16,858 bases of DNA, from positions 1 through 16,858 of the forward strand of contig JAEOTE010000079.1 in the NCBI GenBank assembly GCA_016839945.1. The letters run 5' to 3'. The notes beneath the pieces are model-generated. The model saw nothing but the letters and a program-made list of their open reading frames with translations. It did not search any database and was not told the DNA's origin. The DNA is from Candidatus Heimdallarchaeota archaeon (GTDB lineage: Archaea > Asgardarchaeota > Heimdallarchaeia > Heimdallarchaeales > Heimdallarchaeaceae). Positions 15,148-16,858 of the stretch are shown in pieces (position 1 is the first letter of the stretch; every line of letters starts with the position of its first letter). The translations under genes and the position numbers were made by a program.

Positions 15148-16858
15148 TTAGTGATAAAGAAAGAGAAATCTTTCCATAAAATAAAGAAAAACCTGATTAT
15201 AATATCCAGGAAAATAAAGATCAGCTGCATGACCTGCAAAAGGAAATGTTAGTAGTGCACAATCAACTCTTCCTTGATCCAAGTAGGTTTCTTTTAGAAA
15301 TCTGGATTGTCTTATCAAAGAATCTTTTTCTCCTTGAAAAATTAGACATGGTGGAGAGCTTGAATCAACAAGTAAGTTTGGATTAACCCATTCTGGTTTT
15401 GAAAAAATAGCAAAATTATAGCTGACATTATTTGCAGGATAAAAAGGAATTAATCCTTTAATTGTCATCTGATCTGAAAAAATTGTAGTATAATTCCCAG
15501 ATGCAATACTAAGAGCAACAGCGCATGTAAGTTGACCTCCAGCTGATCCTCCTGAAACAAAAACTGAATCCATATTTACTCCAAATTCAGAAGAATGTGA
15601 TTCCAAATATTTAGTGAAATTACCAATATGTCTCATCATGTCATCTATTGTAAAATTACCAACAACATTCTCAGGAGAATAAGATATTCCCAGATTGTTT
15701 GTCATGTTTGTTAATCCATATTGTATGTCAAAAACACAATATCCTTGAGCTGCAAGATATCTATTCATCATGCGAATATTTCCAAGACCTTTATCACCAA
15801 TAGTCCAACCTCCCCCATGAATACGTATAATTACAGATTTTTCTCCAGGTAGAGTCCCTGCATCATCAAGAGGTAGATAAGCGTCAAAATATAAGCGAAT
15901 GTTTTGATCAACTGAATAACTGCTTTCACTTCCATTAAAGAATAAAATATCTAGAATTGTTTCACAAGAAGGATTTCCGTTTCCAAGAAAATATCCTATT
16001 AGTTGAAAGGGTTGTTTCATAAAATATTTTTCATATCCAGAAGATGAAATTACTTCTTTCCAATCCCCACCAAATGAAGGATTAAATGCTTCTGAGAACT
16101 CGATATCTGCATTAGCTGTAAAGGAAGGTGTTGAAGCAAAAGGTACAAGACATATACTTGAAATAATTATGCCTAAAGAACTAATAACTATGATTTTGGT
16201 TTTCCATAATTTTGCTTGTTTCTTAACTGCATGAACAAGAACAAATGTATTAGCTAAGAAACCTAAACTAAAGAAAATCCCAGACATTGCAACGAAAACT
16301 GAGAAGAAGAAAGAAAGAAGACCAAATCTAATACTAGTGAGGATTGTTAAATCTGTTAATATTCCTAAGATCAATCCTAAAGCGTTTCCGGAAACAATTA
16401 AAACCTTGAGTATAATTACTATTATCTTTGGTTTAGATTCAACAAGAGTTTCCTCTTGTTGGGGAGGAGCTTGTGATTTGAATATAAAGAGAGTAATCAA
16501 TATTGATGGATAAAGAAGAATACCAAAGTAGCTCAAAGCGATTAAGAATCCTATACCAAAATTGAATCCCAAACCCACATTAAATCCAATGAAATTAGCA
16601 AAAAATAGTAGGAAGTATGCAATTATAGAGAATAGAAAATACCCATAAGAAGCTATTCTGAATCTACTAATTTTCCTATTTTTCTTATTATTTAGTTTAC
16701 CATAATAAATAACTAGTATACTATTTAGAAAAATAGTCAGAATAAAAAGTACTCCCGCAAAATGCCAATAAAGAATATTGTTTGGGATAATTAGATAAAT
16801 GATCCCATGAATAATGCAAATAAAATTGAGAATTAGAGCTGTTAAACCAAGAATGAAA
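15148..16858 (-). CDS. Multi-pass membrane-anchored alpha/beta hydrolase (HSL-like esterase); 5' end lies outside the window
   Basis: Oxyanion hole HGGGW, nucleophile GGSAGG, QGEKD (Asp), AGHA (His). I read the frame upstream of the ORF-track GTG at 16578 and found no stop up to 16858 (FILGLTALILNFICIIHGIIYLII...), which adds about three more TM helices. Confidence 0.88.
   Translation of the reverse strand, partial: FILGLTALILNFICIIHGIIYLIIPNNILYWHFAGVLFILTIFLNSILVIYYGKLNNKKNRKISRFRIASYGYFLFSIIAYFLLFFANFIGFNVGLGFNFGIGFLIALSYFGILLYPSILITLFIFKSQAPPQQEETLVESKPKIIVIILKVLIVSGNALGLILGILTDLTILTSIRFGLLSFFFSVFVAMSGIFFSLGFLANTFVLVHAVKKQAKLWKTKIIVISSLGIIISSICLVPFASTPSFTANADIEFSEAFNPSFGGDWKEVISSSGYEKYFMKQPFQLIGYFLGNGNPSCETILDILFFNGSESSYSVDQNIRLYFDAYLPLDDAGTLPGEKSVIIRIHGGGWTIGDKGLGNIRMMNRYLAAQGYCVFDIQYGLTNMTNNLGISYSPENVVGNFTIDDMMRHIGNFTKYLESHSSEFGVNMDSVFVSGGSAGGQLTCAVALSIASGNYTTIFSDQMTIKGLIPFYPANNVSYNFAIFSKPEWVNPNLLVDSSSPPCLIFQGEKDSLIRQSRFLKETYLDQGRVDCALLTFPFAGHAADLYFPGYYNQVFLYFMERFLFLYH

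Noticed and set aside
1-16858. Selenocysteine or pyrrolysine read-through, frameshifts, tRNAs, IS elements
   Set aside because: The proteins look complete at their stops, the intergenic gaps are short and AT-rich with no cloverleaf, and I saw no transposase or terminal repeats.

Overview
AT-rich, intron-free, gene-dense prokaryotic DNA with 16 credible CDSs; the last is truncated by the window end. I found no rRNA, tRNA, CRISPR array or mobile element. A Rab-like small GTPase in this context, plus TATA-like boxes about 22-35 nt upstream of several start codons, points to an archaeon, most plausibly an Asgard lineage (inference). The clearest pathway is a two-gene operon for a glycyl radical enzyme carrying the trans-4-hydroxy-L-proline dehydratase (HypD) active-site motifs and a short activating enzyme, with no proC alongside. 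The most unusual protein is a spore-photoproduct-lyase-like radical SAM enzyme. It appears to carry a C-terminal PolX-type 8-kDa helix-hairpin-helix domain and an inserted PIP-box-like motif, so it is a candidate PCNA-coupled radical DNA-repair enzyme. Also notable are a small C1/PHD/B-box hybrid zinc finger with an amphipathic tail near the GTPase, an SLC45-like MFS transporter with a ~100-aa E/K/R tail, and a set of catabolic enzymes (GH63-like, CE4 deacetylase, ADC-family, membrane esterase). All family calls come from motif recognition by eye, not database searches.
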